Below are positions 1-11,018 of a stretch of 64,000 bases of DNA, one piece after another. The position numbers and the translations under genes were made by a program. The DNA comes from a virus. Where the stretch lies: positions 32,001-96,000 of the IMG/VR virus record IMGVR_UViG_3300008261_000027. One strand, given 5' to 3'. The notes below the pieces were generated by a model, which did no database searches, had not been told where the DNA came from, and saw nothing but the letters and a program-made list of their open reading frames with translations. Every line of letters begins with the position of its first letter. The stretch's first letter is position 1.

Positions 1-1064
1 GAAGTTGGTACACCTTTGTTTGGGTCGTTCGTTATTTCGTTTTCACCAAATTCATTTGTATAAACATACTCCAAATTCATAGGTAACGTTATAGCAAATG
101 AACCACTATCATCAATATCTCCATCAAATTCCAAATATTCTAAAACCGGTCTTCCGTTTGAATCTTTTGAATTTGTAAATCTTAAAATTTCAATCTTAGC
201 TTCTTCAGTAACTAATAAACATTTGTTTCCCATTCCTGATCTTGGTGTACAGTTTTTGTTTACTGCACTATTACCTTGATCTGAGAATATTGACCCCAAT
301 AGATATGCTTTGGGTTCTATTTTAACCCCCTGTTCGGATAAATCGAAATCGGTTCTAGTTATACCTATTTGACATAAATCTGCGTTACCCCAAAACGGAG
401 CCACGTCTACTGTTTTATCAAAAGAAACGATTTGTGGTAATGAAGCGTAATCTGTTGATGATTTAAAGGAATATGTATTTTTGAATGAATCAATACCTCT
501 ACCTTGTTTAATAAAATCATCGGGTCTTAATGAAAAACAACCGATATCTGATAAATCGACGTCAACATGAATTTGTTGTTCACCAAGTGGAACCCCCCAT
601 ATCATAAAGTCACCAGATGAGTTTGTTTTTGCTGTGTATTTGTAATATTTCTCAAATACTTCAAGATACTCTTCTCTACCTAATATATCTGATTGATCTG
701 GAAAAGTACCGGTTGGCTCATGTCCGCCGTGCTGTTTTCTTGATGGTAATAAATTATATCGATACCCATCACTGTTTAAATCTTTTATTACCTTATAAGG
801 ATATAATTGTGAAATAAGTGGATCTAATTCATCTTGTTCTGCTAATGGTACGAAAATTGAAACCCTTGCATTTGGTACTCCAAGACCATTATTAACAGAA
901 ATTCTACCACAAACAACGCCGTAATCAGCACACAGAGACGTATATGCGTCTTGTTGTGTAAATTTTAAAGACAGTATTTCTAGCAGGTCGTAATTTTGTT
1001 TTAATTCAACAACAACTCGCTTATCTGTGTTTAAATTGGTATTAATTCTGTGCTTCTGAACCAT
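1..1064 (-). CDS. Putative virion/baseplate-associated protein, runs off the left edge
   Basis: Not in ORF track. Manual translation from ATG at 1064: MVQKHRINTNLNTDKRVVVELKQNYDLLEILSLKFTQQDAYTSLCADYGVVCGRISVNNGLGVPNARVSIFVPL...; preceded by TATTTATA; follows the gp6-like gene. Confidence 0.7.
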   Translation of the reverse strand, partial: MVQKHRINTNLNTDKRVVVELKQNYDLLEILSLKFTQQDAYTSLCADYGVVCGRISVNNGLGVPNARVSIFVPLAEQDELDPLISQLYPYKVIKDLNSDGYRYNLLPSRKQHGGHEPTGTFPDQSDILGREEYLEVFEKYYKYTAKTNSSGDFMIWGVPLGEQQIHVDVDLSDIGCFSLRPDDFIKQGRGIDSFKNTYSFKSSTDYASLPQIVSFDKTVDVAPFWGNADLCQIGITRTDFDLSEQGVKIEPKAYLLGSIFSDQGNSAVNKNCTPRSGMGNKCLLVTEEAKIEILRFTNSKDSNGRPVLEYLEFDGDIDDSGSFAITLPMNLEYVYTNEFGENEITNDPNKGVPT

Positions 1065-1124
1065 ATTAACTATAAATAGAAACTTATCAATTTTCTGTAG
1101 TTAAAAAGATAAGTAAAAAATAGA

Positions 1125-2957
1125 TTAATATGTAGGGATATCTAGAGTTTTTACTCTAACCTGAATGTCTTTATTAGGGAATCTTATTTGAAAAATCTGA
1201 TTAGATTTCATATAAATCGCCATATCTTTTTGTAAGATTTCTTTGGTTGCGGGATCTTTATAAGCTTGGGCTACTTGGGATGACGAATATTCTCCACCAA
1301 CTTTATTGAAAACTCTAACCTCAATTACGTTGACAACACCAGAAACATTGTTAACCTCTTTCATCAATTCACCAATGAATAATGGGTCACCCATTTTTCT
1401 TTTGTCAATCGAAAAATATTCTCTTACTGCTGTTATAATTTCTCTAATAACTTCTGTTTGATTTTGATTTTTATCTAATAAAACATCCAATTTTAATTCA
1501 AAGTCAATAACTTCACCACTAACAATATCAATATAGTCATTTATCATTCTATACTCTGCCAAATAATTTAATATATTTTGCTTTAGCGTATTTGACACAA
1601 TATTTGTTAAATTCCCTTTTTCATCATAAGATAATAATTTGATTCTTACTTTATTATCTTCTTCCATTACATTCACTTTAGCTGGTGCACCATATGTTGA
1701 TGGCATTGTTTCAATTAATGATTTGTAATCATTTAATGTTACCGCTCTGTTTTGTGCTGCAAAATTGTAAGATATCATACCTCTCAATTCCTCAATAGTT
1801 GGTTGATCTGCACCACCAACAGCTGGAGTTACGTTTGTAACAGTTAATGATTGTATAACTTGTGAATTTACATTTGCTGCTGGTCCATTAACAATAAACT
1901 CCGAATTTTCTATGTTATTAAGAACACCAACACCTAAATTACTCTCTTTACCACCACCAATTCTATATTTTACAAATAAGGTAGTGTCTTGTTTAGGTAT
2001 AGCCCCCAAAGACATATTATTTAAGTAAGTCGCTAAATTAACCTTAAGGGTGTTTGTTATATAGTTATCCAAATTGTCTAGCGGATCAACATTTCCAGAT
2101 CCAAAAGTTATGAAAAAATAACCTTCTGGGGTATACTCTGTGATAAATTTATTATTTACACTAATGTATTGTCCAGCTTTAAAATTAGCTCTATCTGAAG
2201 TTGCTGTTGTATTTGGAACAAAAACTTTATCTTGTACTAGAGCTTTTACTTCATACCATTTATTCAATGGTGCGTTAAATTCAGAATTGGTTGGGTTTGT
2301 TGTAAAATTGGTTCCATCTTTATGTATGATAGATGATACCCCTAAAACATTTTGTTCTGGTAAAACTAATTTTAAGAAAGGTTTTTGATCTTTTTGAGTA
2401 ATAACTTTTCTAAATATTTTTGTAACCCCGTTTACAACTGGTTCTCTTTTTGTTATCGTGTAAGAAATAATTTTACTATTTCCATCCAAATTTGGGATTT
2501 TTAATCTGTTTGATTCACCTCTTTCATTAAACGGATTTGAGAAATCAATATCTGAAACAGTTTCAAATATTTGACCGCCTCCAGAAATTTGTGTTCCGGC
2601 TCTTAATATACCTAAGTATCTATTATCTTCGGAATCACCTTTAACCGGAACAATAATACTAAAATCACATAATGCAACAGATGGTCTTAGTCCTGGAATT
2701 CTAATTCCATATGTTTTAGCAATATGAAATAAAGATTGTCTTTGTTGAGCAAAATCCAACATTGTTTCTTGCCATACCCTATCAATATGAAAATGCAAGT
2801 TATCGGTAACAGCCGCATTTAAATCCAATAAAACGGAAAATATTGACGCGTCGTTTGTATTTTGTATTAAGTCTGGGTAATACTCTTTAGTTAATTTAAC
2901 TAAATCTTGTCTTAACCCAGCAAAATCACGATTAGTATATGCTATTTTTTTGCTCAT
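1125..2957 (-). CDS. Baseplate wedge protein (T4 gp6 / baseplate J-like)
   Basis: 610 aa; N-terminal YTNRDFAGLRQDL, YRIGGG, AVGGAD..E and AQNRAVTLNDY motifs typical of gp6-like proteins; adjacent to gp25-like gene. Confidence 0.88.
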   Translation of the reverse strand: MSKKIAYTNRDFAGLRQDLVKLTKEYYPDLIQNTNDASIFSVLLDLNAAVTDNLHFHIDRVWQETMLDFAQQRQSLFHIAKTYGIRIPGLRPSVALCDFSIIVPVKGDSEDNRYLGILRAGTQISGGGQIFETVSDIDFSNPFNERGESNRLKIPNLDGNSKIISYTITKREPVVNGVTKIFRKVITQKDQKPFLKLVLPEQNVLGVSSIIHKDGTNFTTNPTNSEFNAPLNKWYEVKALVQDKVFVPNTTATSDRANFKAGQYISVNNKFITEYTPEGYFFITFGSGNVDPLDNLDNYITNTLKVNLATYLNNMSLGAIPKQDTTLFVKYRIGGGKESNLGVGVLNNIENSEFIVNGPAANVNSQVIQSLTVTNVTPAVGGADQPTIEELRGMISYNFAAQNRAVTLNDYKSLIETMPSTYGAPAKVNVMEEDNKVRIKLLSYDEKGNLTNIVSNTLKQNILNYLAEYRMINDYIDIVSGEVIDFELKLDVLLDKNQNQTEVIREIITAVREYFSIDKRKMGDPLFIGELMKEVNNVSGVVNVIEVRVFNKVGGEYSSSQVAQAYKDPATKEILQKDMAIYMKSNQIFQIRFPNKDIQVRVKTLDIPTY

Positions 2958-2958
2958 A

Positions 2959-3414
2959 TTATATATTGATAATTATAAAATCTGAAGTGACAAAAGTTGA
3001 ATTATTTGTTGTATAATCAATTCTTATTTTTGCTGTATAAGGCTTTGTTGAAGAACTTCCTATTCTAAATAATCTACTATCTTGTTCTTCTTTAACAGAA
3101 GACGAAGAGTCTTCTGACTCTATTTCCGGATTCGTTATTTTTATTGAATTTATTTCTAAATTTGGTATATATGCTGCAACAGTTTCTCTAATATCTTCTT
3201 CAATATTTGAATAAGTTACAGAATCGTTTGGTTCAAAAATATACTCATACAATCTAGTGCCAAAATCGGGTAAGAAATATCTACTACCCTTTCTCGTTAA
3301 AAGTAAGTGAACAAGATTTGCACGAACTTCCTCGTCTACTGATTGAGTCATTCTTACATAGTCTCCTACGAAACTATCTCTAAATGGAAAATCTATACCG
3401 TATTTTGAACTCAT
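2959..3414 (-). CDS. Baseplate wedge / sheath initiator (T4 gp25-like)
   Basis: GIDFPF...NLVHLLLTRKGSRYFLPDFGTRLYEYIFEP signature; start placed at ATG 3414 (MSSK) just after TATTTATA. Confidence 0.9.
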   Translation of the reverse strand: MSSKYGIDFPFRDSFVGDYVRMTQSVDEEVRANLVHLLLTRKGSRYFLPDFGTRLYEYIFEPNDSVTYSNIEEDIRETVAAYIPNLEINSIKITNPEIESEDSSSSVKEEQDSRLFRIGSSSTKPYTAKIRIDYTTNNSTFVTSDFIIINI

Positions 3415-3451
3415 AACTATAAATATAAACAATAAGAAAATAGATATAAAT

Positions 3452-3489
3452 AAAAAATCGCGACACTTTCCTAAAAAAATGTCGCGATA
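3452..3489 (-). terminator. Intrinsic terminator after nrdA
   Basis: Minus strand ATCGCGACATTTT-loop-AAAGTGTCGCGAT followed by a T-tract. Confidence 0.75.
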
Positions 3490-3497
3490 AGTGTCGC

Positions 3498-3568
3498 AAT
3501 AATAGTGACTTGATATTTGCGCCCTATATTCTCAAGTCCTGGGTACTCAAGGGGCACCACCCATTATC
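3498..3568 (-). ncRNA. Candidate structured RNA (three-way junction with kissing loops) in the nrdA 3' UTR
   Basis: Manual fold: P1 GAUAAU/AUUAUU, P2 GGGUG/UACCC, P3 GACUUGA/UCAAGUC; loops GUGCCC and GGGCGC complementary; GC-rich island in AT-rich DNA. Confidence 0.45.
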
Positions 3569-6001
3569 TTATGAACCACATCCTTCACACTCAAAAGGTG
3601 AATCTGTAGGTCTTTGTGCTGTCATAATAAGCTCAGGTGTTTCTTCACTTATAATTGCGTTATTCGTTGGCGTTGAATATGATACCGTTTGTTGTACTTG
3701 CTCAACAGGTTTATTAGCTGAAGTATCAATTCCTAATCCTTTTAACGGATCTACAGCCGATCTTGTTCTCAGATAGTACATACCAGTTTTTAATCCCATT
3801 TTCCAGCCAAATAAATGAGCGGCAAGAAGTTTTGGTTTAGTTGCATCAGCAATAAATAAATTCAATGATTGTGATTGATCAATAAAAATAGATCTATTTG
3901 CTGCCATTTGTAGTAATCTTTTTTGTGACATCTCCCAAACGGTTTTGTAAACTTCTTTAACATCTGTAGGTATTTCTGGAATATTTTGTACCGAACCATT
4001 TTCAAGAATTAGTTTCTTTTTAATATCCTCGTTCCACAAATTAAGAGACATCAATTTTTTAACTAGGTGTTTGTTTACAACAATGAATTCACCACCAAGT
4101 GTTCTTCTTGAGTATAGATTTGTTGTAAATGGCTCAAACGCTTCGTTGTTACCCAAAATTTGGGCGGTTGACGCTGTTGGCATTGGTGCAACGAGTAATG
4201 AGTTTCTAACACCAAATTTAACAACCTCTTTTCTTAGACTTTTCCAATCCCAACGACCAGATAATTCTTTGTCTGTTTTACCCCACATTTCAAATTGGAA
4301 AACGCCTTTTTCAATTGGCGCCCCTGATATTGATTCATATGGACCAACCTCTTTAGATATATCTTTAGAAGATGTCATTGCGGCAAAATAAATTGTTTCG
4401 AATATGTCTGTTTGCAATTTATCTGCTTCATCACTTTCAAATGGAATATCCAACATACAGAATACATCTGCCAATCCTTGAATACCCAAACCAACTGGTC
4501 TATGTTTAAAATTAGATCTTTTTGTCTCTTCTGTTGGATAGAAATTCAAATCAATAACATTATTCAAGTTTTTAACAACTTGATATGTGTATTCATAAAG
4601 TAGATCGTGATTAAATTCACCATCAACAACATATTTTGGTAATGCAATTGATGCTAAATTACAAACGGCTTGTTCAGTTGGCGAACTATATTCAATAATT
4701 TCGGTACACAAATTTGAAGATTTAATTGTGCCTAAATTCTTTTGATTTGATTTATAATTAGCTGGATCTTTATACAGCATATAAGGTGTACCAGTTTCGA
4801 TTTGAGCAGTTAAAATTGCATCCATCAATTTTCTAGCCTTAATAACCTTTCTTGCTTTACCTTCTTGCTCATACTGTTCATAAAGCTTAGTGAATGCTTT
4901 ATTTTCTGGTGAATCATATGCATCAGACAATCCTGGCGCCTCATCTGGAGAAAATAATGACCAATCACCATCTGATTCTACGCGTTGCATAAATAAATCC
5001 GGTGTCCACATTGCAAGGAACAAATCCCTTGCCCTTAATTCTTCCTTACCATGATTTTTTCTTAGGTCAATAAATTCAAAAACATCTGAATGCCATGGTT
5101 CAAGATAAATCGCAAAAGAACCTTTTCTCTTACCACCTTGATTAATCCAACGAGCAACCTCATTATATGTTTTCAACATTGGTAATAATCCATCTGACAT
5201 TCCTCCAGTTCCTTTAATGTATGCACCTTTAGCTCGCACATCATGAACGTGCAAACCAATACCTCCAGCCCATTTAGAAATCTTGGCAACGTCTTTGATT
5301 GTATCAAATAATCCATCGATATCATCACCTTTGTTACCAATTAAGAAACAAGAAGACATTTGTGGTCTACGTGTTCCGGCATTAAATAATGTTGGTGTTG
5401 CGTGTGTATAAAAATGTTGTGATAAATCATCATAAATTCTTAAAGCCATTTGTAAATCACCATTACAAATACCAACTGCAACACGCATGTATAGATATTG
5501 TGGTCTTTCAACAACACGTTCACCAATTTTCAAAAGATATGAACGTTCTAACGTTTTGAATCCAAAATAATCAAAGTCAAAATCTCTTGTTATAACAATC
5601 GCACCATCCAAAACGTCTTTGTTTTCCATAACAAATTTGTAAACATTGTCATCAATTAATGATGACTCTTTGTTTGTTTTTGGTTCAACAAATGAGTGAA
5701 GTTCTCTTATTGACTGTGAAAACTTCTTGGGTGTTGTTTTATGTAAATTTGTAACAGCCAGCCTACCAGCTAATCTAGCATAATCTGGATGTACTGTTGT
5801 CATAGATGCTGCAGTTTCTGAAGCTAATACATCTAACTCTGTTGTTGAAATACCGTCATATATCCCTTGAGTAACTTTTAATGTAATATATGTTGGGTCA
5901 ATGTATTCTAGATTTAAGTCTTCACACAAAGCGCCTATTCTTCTAGTTATCTTATCATATCTCATTTCCTCTAAGGAACCGTCTCTTTTTAATACTTTCA
6001 T
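3569..6001 (-). CDS. nrdA: Ribonucleoside-diphosphate reductase class Ia alpha subunit, with ATP cone
   Basis: N-terminal VLKRDG ATP cone, ATPTLFNAGT, SSCFL, SNLCTEI, APMPTASTAQ, LKTGMYYLR, C-terminal CEGC. Confidence 0.98.
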   Translation of the reverse strand: MKVLKRDGSLEEMRYDKITRRIGALCEDLNLEYIDPTYITLKVTQGIYDGISTTELDVLASETAASMTTVHPDYARLAGRLAVTNLHKTTPKKFSQSIRELHSFVEPKTNKESSLIDDNVYKFVMENKDVLDGAIVITRDFDFDYFGFKTLERSYLLKIGERVVERPQYLYMRVAVGICNGDLQMALRIYDDLSQHFYTHATPTLFNAGTRRPQMSSCFLIGNKGDDIDGLFDTIKDVAKISKWAGGIGLHVHDVRAKGAYIKGTGGMSDGLLPMLKTYNEVARWINQGGKRKGSFAIYLEPWHSDVFEFIDLRKNHGKEELRARDLFLAMWTPDLFMQRVESDGDWSLFSPDEAPGLSDAYDSPENKAFTKLYEQYEQEGKARKVIKARKLMDAILTAQIETGTPYMLYKDPANYKSNQKNLGTIKSSNLCTEIIEYSSPTEQAVCNLASIALPKYVVDGEFNHDLLYEYTYQVVKNLNNVIDLNFYPTEETKRSNFKHRPVGLGIQGLADVFCMLDIPFESDEADKLQTDIFETIYFAAMTSSKDISKEVGPYESISGAPIEKGVFQFEMWGKTDKELSGRWDWKSLRKEVVKFGVRNSLLVAPMPTASTAQILGNNEAFEPFTTNLYSRRTLGGEFIVVNKHLVKKLMSLNLWNEDIKKKLILENGSVQNIPEIPTDVKEVYKTVWEMSQKRLLQMAANRSIFIDQSQSLNLFIADATKPKLLAAHLFGWKMGLKTGMYYLRTRSAVDPLKGLGIDTSANKPVEQVQQTVSYSTPTNNAIISEETPELIMTAQRPTDSPFECEGCGS

Positions 6002-6016
6002 TTTATTTATAATATT

Positions 6017-6988
6017 TTAAAAATCAAGATCACCAAATGCAGAACTTAAATCTTCTGCAGCATTATTAACTCCAGCTTTTTGATATTCAGCAACTCTCTT
6101 TTCAAAGAAATTAGTTTTTCCTTGTAAAGCAATATTTTGCATAAAATCAAATGGATTTTCTGAATTATAAACTTTAGGAACACCTAATGCCACCAATAAT
6201 CTATCTGTAACAAATTCAAGATACTGAGCCATTAAATCTGAGTTCATACCAATAAGTCTTACTGGTAATGCTTCAAGAATGAATTCTTTTTCAATCTCTA
6301 ATGCACCACAAATAATATCTCTAACCTGTTGCTGTGTTAATTTATTTTCAATATGATGATTAAACAAGTGACAAGCAAAATCACAATGCATCCCTTCGTC
6401 ACGAGAAATCAATTCATTAGAGAATGTTAATCCTGGCATTAGCCCTCTTTTCTTTAACCAGAAAATAGCACAGAAAGATCCAGAAAAGAAAATTCCTTCA
6501 ACTGCAGCAAAAGCAATAAGCCTTTCAACAAAGGTTCCCTTTTCAATGTATCTTAATGCCCATTCAGCTTTTCTTTTAATAGCTGGAACAGTTTCAATGG
6601 CATTAAATAATTTATTTTGTTCTTCTTTATCCTTGATGTATGTATCAATCAACAATGAATATGTCTCACTGTGAATGTTTTCCATCATAATCTGAAAGCC
6701 ATAAAACATTTTAGCTTCAGTATATTGAACGGCGTTAACAAAGTTCATTGCGATATTCTCGTTAACAATACCATCTGATGCCGCGAAGAAAGCTAATACA
6801 TGTTTAACAAAATGTTGCTCATCGGCATTCAATTTATTTTCCCAGTCATAGGTGTCTTGCTGCAAATCAATTTCTTCTGCAGTCCAAAAACACGCTTCTT
6901 GCTGTTTATAAAGTTTCCATAAATCATGATGTTCAATTGGGAAAAGGACGAAGCGTCCGGGATTGTCGATTAAAATCTTCTCGGTCAT
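6017..6988 (-). CDS. nrdB: Ribonucleoside-diphosphate reductase class Ia beta subunit
   Basis: [53 protein letters not shown]; likely start ATG 6988 (MTEKILID). Confidence 0.98.
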   Translation of the reverse strand: MTEKILIDNPGRFVLFPIEHHDLWKLYKQQEACFWTAEEIDLQQDTYDWENKLNADEQHFVKHVLAFFAASDGIVNENIAMNFVNAVQYTEAKMFYGFQIMMENIHSETYSLLIDTYIKDKEEQNKLFNAIETVPAIKRKAEWALRYIEKGTFVERLIAFAAVEGIFFSGSFCAIFWLKKRGLMPGLTFSNELISRDEGMHCDFACHLFNHHIENKLTQQQVRDIICGALEIEKEFILEALPVRLIGMNSDLMAQYLEFVTDRLLVALGVPKVYNSENPFDFMQNIALQGKTNFFEKRVAEYQKAGVNNAAEDLSSAFGDLDF

Positions 6989-7004
6989 AATATTTGTTTT
7001 AATT

Positions 7005-8408
7005 TTAGTTGTTAACTGATTTTCTAGTCTGATTGGTGACTTTCTCTTTGTATTCAAGAGCCTTTTTTATTCTTTCTCTATTTTCAACTTCTTTATCCTC
7101 TTTGAAACCTAGTAAGGTGTTTTGTGAATCAGTATCAATATCAAGATACTCATTGTCAAATTTAGAATTACTAAAAATAACACCATCTCTACCTATTCTA
7201 GATTTTAATAAAGTTATTGTTGCCAAGTTGTGCTCTTTTTGTTCAAGGGTTTTTGCTATTGAAACTACCACATGGCCAATCTGTGCTTTTTTAATTGAAC
7301 CACCCATTTGATCTGTGGTAACCACCTCAGATGAAATAGATTCACGATTACCTTGTGTTGCTGTCCAAATAGCGATATCAAACTCTGATGTCATTGCCTC
7401 TAAAGATCTCATAATAGACCCCTCACCTTTCCATTCTTCACCATGTGTGCTTCTTTCAGGTGTAATGCAATCAACATAATCCAAAGTTAATAAATCTATT
7501 CTAAACCCATCTGCCATAAGCTTTCTCAATTTTGATTTAATTTCAGAAATTGTAATAGAATCGCTAGGCAATTTAAGCAATTTTATTTGTCCGGCAGATC
7601 TTGTTTGAGCCTCTTCAACCAATTTCATGGTTTCTTCTGGATTTTCTATTTGCCCATCTGGCGAAATACCAGTCCATATCGTATAATGCTTTTTCTTAAT
7701 ATTATTAATGTTGTCTTCAAAGAATATTTGAACAACATTAAACCCGGTATTATACGCTGTGTTAGATATCTTAGTTAACATTGTTGTCTTACCAGTACCA
7801 GTTGGCGCTAATACTACACCAAGTTCACCTCTACCTAAACCACCCTTTAGACAGTTGTCTAGTCCAAGTATTCCTGTTGGAATTGGGTTTCTAGAGTCAG
7901 CTTTAAGGGCATCTCCAATATTTTCAAAAACATCCTGCAGCTCATCATTTGTTACCCCAACCTGAAGAGCCTTCTGTATAATTTTTTCAATCTTATGATA
8001 TTCTTCAAACTCACCGCTAACAGTGATACTTTCAACTTCTTTCAAAGCTTTTTTCAAAACTTGTTGTTTACAGAAATTATAAGCTTTTTCCTTTGTGAAA
8101 TTTATGTCACCACCGGCTAACTCGTGTTTTTTAATAGCGTCTAAAGTATCAATGTTTGATCTTAAAACAGTATCGCTAGAATTCTCTGATTGTATTTTTT
8201 GCTTAAGAGCATCGTAAGATGGGAATGATTTAAAATTCTCATTCCATTCTTTTAAATTCTTAATTATAAATTTAAAAGAATTGTTGTCAAAATATGACGG
8301 CTCAATTACATCAATAATTGTCTCAGCAAATTTTTTATCTTCAATAATAATTTTTAAAAGGGACGTTTGATACTCAGCACCTAGTGCCCCAAAATTTTTC
8401 TCAGTCAT
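7005..8408 (-). CDS. Replicative DNA helicase (DnaB / T4 gp41-like)
   Basis: Walker [29 protein letters not shown]; within replication block. Confidence 0.92.
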   Translation of the reverse strand: MTEKNFGALGAEYQTSLLKIIIEDKKFAETIIDVIEPSYFDNNSFKFIIKNLKEWNENFKSFPSYDALKQKIQSENSSDTVLRSNIDTLDAIKKHELAGGDINFTKEKAYNFCKQQVLKKALKEVESITVSGEFEEYHKIEKIIQKALQVGVTNDELQDVFENIGDALKADSRNPIPTGILGLDNCLKGGLGRGELGVVLAPTGTGKTTMLTKISNTAYNTGFNVVQIFFEDNINNIKKKHYTIWTGISPDGQIENPEETMKLVEEAQTRSAGQIKLLKLPSDSITISEIKSKLRKLMADGFRIDLLTLDYVDCITPERSTHGEEWKGEGSIMRSLEAMTSEFDIAIWTATQGNRESISSEVVTTDQMGGSIKKAQIGHVVVSIAKTLEQKEHNLATITLLKSRIGRDGVIFSNSKFDNEYLDIDTDSQNTLLGFKEDKEVENRERIKKALEYKEKVTNQTRKSVNN

Positions 8409-8432
8409 TAAATAATTTTTATAGTTAGTAAA

Positions 8433-8891
8433 TTAAAGTTGGTACTGAAGATATGTCATGTCCGGTCTTTTCAATGACAATATTTCAGTTAAATCATTTA
8501 GAACTCTCTTTAACATCGGTCTGATGTCTACCGTATATCTAACCTTAGGCGGATAGTAATGAGCGGCGAAAATCCTTTCAATAAATACATCATCAAGATG
8601 CTTAATTTGTAACAAAAAATATTGTTCATCTCTCTCATTAGGATCTTCCACATATTCAGTATTAAAGAAAATATCTTGATTTTCAACCAGAAAATTAGAA
8701 CTTTTTATTTTCAAATCTTCTGAAATTTTTTCACAAATATTTTTTACCTCATAATGTAGGTCCATAGATCTTTTTGTTTTGGGGTTATGGTCCCTAACAA
8801 AAAAATACCTTTGACAAATAATGTTCCCATCAAGTGTTAAAAGGAACTCAAATTTGTTCATTTCATCGTTTGCTGATTTTACTGTGTTCAT
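8433..8891 (-). CDS. Hypothetical protein
   Basis: 152 aa ORF tightly packed in the replication operon; no motif recognised. Confidence 0.75.
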   Translation of the reverse strand: MNTVKSANDEMNKFEFLLTLDGNIICQRYFFVRDHNPKTKRSMDLHYEVKNICEKISEDLKIKSSNFLVENQDIFFNTEYVEDPNERDEQYFLLQIKHLDDVFIERIFAAHYYPPKVRYTVDIRPMLKRVLNDLTEILSLKRPDMTYLQYQL

Positions 8892-8894
8892 AGT

Positions 8895-9917
8895 TTACTT
8901 TTTAATTTTGAATTTTATTATTTGTTTATTTTTTTCTATTCTAGTTAATCTTAAGAAAGGATTTAAGAAGTTTATCCAGGCATCTTCGCCTTTTGGTAAT
9001 AAAGTAAAAATACCATCTTCCATCATCATTTTCATTGTGTTTTTATATGACCTTCCTTCTGAATCTAGATTTTCGTTTATAAGACTTATGATGTCTTGTT
9101 TAGCTTGCTCCGTTAAAATTGGTTCGTCTAATGATACAATTTGGTTGTTGATATCAAAGAATTCGTCTCCAAATACCCCTAATTTGGTAACACCAGTTAG
9201 GAAATTCTGAATTAATTTATTTTCTTTGTCCTGTTGAAACAATACGTTACCCATTTCCCTAACTTCGCTTAGGGTTAATTTTTTGTCACGTATTTCTGGA
9301 AATAGGGAAATCAGTCGTTTTAATCCTAAGTTTCTGATACCATAAATGTTATCAGATGGATCACCACATAGTATTTTAACTAATTTGACATTTTCAACTA
9401 TGATATTTTCTTTATCATATTCTACTAGGTCATTTGAGTTATATACTTTTTGGTGAGCAGGGTTATATAATGAAACGTTTTCGGAAATAAGTTGCATTAA
9501 ATCCCTGTCAGAGGAAAATATGAATTTTTTTTCTTTTGGAGAGTTTTGAGTATAGAATGCTATACAATCATCAGATTCACAATATTCAAATTCGCCTTGT
9601 CTTATATAAAGCTCTTCTAAGTATTGTTTTAATCTTTCTCTTTGATATTGGTAAGATTGGATCTCTTCCTCAGTTTTTACCCTTGTCCTTCTATTTTCTT
9701 TATAGAGGTGATAAATTTTCTTTCTAGAAAGAGATCCATCTTTACCATCCCAAAAAACACAAATTTTGTCTAATTTAAAGGCTTCAAAACATCTTCTTAA
9801 CGTGTTTATAAAGTGGTAGATACCACCGATGTGTTTTCCTTTATAATAGTGGTTTTTCAACCCGTGAAACCCAATAGTTAATAGATTATCTCCATCAACT
9901 AATAATACATTAGACAT
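8895..9917 (-). CDS. 5'-3' exonuclease / flap endonuclease (T4 RNase H-like)
   Basis: LLVDGDNL, YKENR, ESDDCIA, SSDRDLMQL, GDPSDNIYGI motifs. Confidence 0.93.
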   Translation of the reverse strand: MSNVLLVDGDNLLTIGFHGLKNHYYKGKHIGGIYHFINTLRRCFEAFKLDKICVFWDGKDGSLSRKKIYHLYKENRRTRVKTEEEIQSYQYQRERLKQYLEELYIRQGEFEYCESDDCIAFYTQNSPKEKKFIFSSDRDLMQLISENVSLYNPAHQKVYNSNDLVEYDKENIIVENVKLVKILCGDPSDNIYGIRNLGLKRLISLFPEIRDKKLTLSEVREMGNVLFQQDKENKLIQNFLTGVTKLGVFGDEFFDINNQIVSLDEPILTEQAKQDIISLINENLDSEGRSYKNTMKMMMEDGIFTLLPKGEDAWINFLNPFLRLTRIEKNKQIIKFKIKK

Positions 9918-9946
9918 TACGTCTTTTAAGTTAAAATGTTAAACAA

Positions 9947-10978
9947 TCAATCTTCGTTGTCTTCTTCTGGAGTGTCTTCAAACTTGATTTCTCCAACGTC
10001 TGAAACTCTCTCTTCAAATAGTGAGCTGATATAATCCAAATTATTTTTTACATAATCTTCTCTGGATTTTTTCTCTTCAGCCGCTTCTTTTGCCATCATG
10101 AATCCATGTGGCGTAACCATTATTTTACCATCAGCAAACGCAATACCGTTAACGTGATTTTTCATAACAGATATTTTACTTCTGGTAGCAATTGTAATAG
10201 TTCTCTTATTTTTTGTGATAGAAATTTTGGTGATGCCAGAATTCTTTTCATTTCCAAATCTAAAAACTAACGTAGAGTTTAACCAGATTGACTCACCACC
10301 TTTAGCCTTAATTTTAGGCTGGCCAAATGGATTATCTGGTAATTCAACCCAAGGTTGGTTAACGATAATCAATGTGTTTGTATGAGGCTTGTCTGCTCTT
10401 CTTGAACCAGAAATTCTCTGGTTGATACCCATACCAATTTTATCTGATAATACAGATGCATTGTGCTGTTTACCACCCTTGCCTTCCCATGTCATTTTAC
10501 ATGGTACAGATCCAACAGAATCCCATAAAAATAAAATATCATATGGTAATTCACCCTTCTCTTGCAAATCAAGCATTTCATTTATGAAATCGGTAATCTG
10601 CTCAATATATTCGAAATCATTTTTGAAAATGAAATCTCCAGAATATGTGACTTCGCCAGTGGCTTGATCTACTTCCTTAACAACCGGAATTCCCATAATA
10701 TTTGCATGATCAAAATCAAATTTTTGTTCAGTAATTATGAAAATTGGTAAAATACCTTTCTTAATTGCATCCGCAGCAGCAGCTAAAAGTGCCGTTGTTT
10801 TACCGGTATCAGAATGGCCTAAGAACATGTTAATATGCCCCATCGCCGGTCCTGGTAAACCGGTCGCATCAAGAAAAGCATCACCCAAATCTAAAAAGCG
10901 GTCTGGTTTATACTTAGTTAAACTAGAGTATTTTGATGCGATACTTGAAATTGCGAAATTTTGTTTTTTAATAGCCAT
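9947..10978 (-). CDS. uvsX: RecA/UvsX-like recombinase
   Basis: GHSDTGKT Walker A, FLWDSVGS, IIVNQ, KGGES, KNHV; likely start ATG 10978 (MAIKKQ). Confidence 0.9.
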   Translation of the reverse strand: MAIKKQNFAISSIASKYSSLTKYKPDRFLDLGDAFLDATGLPGPAMGHINMFLGHSDTGKTTALLAAAADAIKKGILPIFIITEQKFDFDHANIMGIPVVKEVDQATGEVTYSGDFIFKNDFEYIEQITDFINEMLDLQEKGELPYDILFLWDSVGSVPCKMTWEGKGGKQHNASVLSDKIGMGINQRISGSRRADKPHTNTLIIVNQPWVELPDNPFGQPKIKAKGGESIWLNSTLVFRFGNEKNSGITKISITKNKRTITIATRSKISVMKNHVNGIAFADGKIMVTPHGFMMAKEAAEEKKSREDYVKNNLDYISSLFEERVSDVGEIKFEDTPEEDNED

Positions 10979-11018
10979 TTTATATTTTTTTATTTTAAAC
11001 ATTCTCAAAGGCTATGCA

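Noticed and set aside
3569-3600. Selenocysteine or read-through at the nrdA C-terminus driven by the downstream structure
   Set aside because: The stop is TAA and the terminal CxxC is already complete
3510-3776. 88-aa plus-strand ORF covering the candidate RNA
   Set aside because: TTG start, mostly antisense to nrdA, no motif; base-pairing explains the region better
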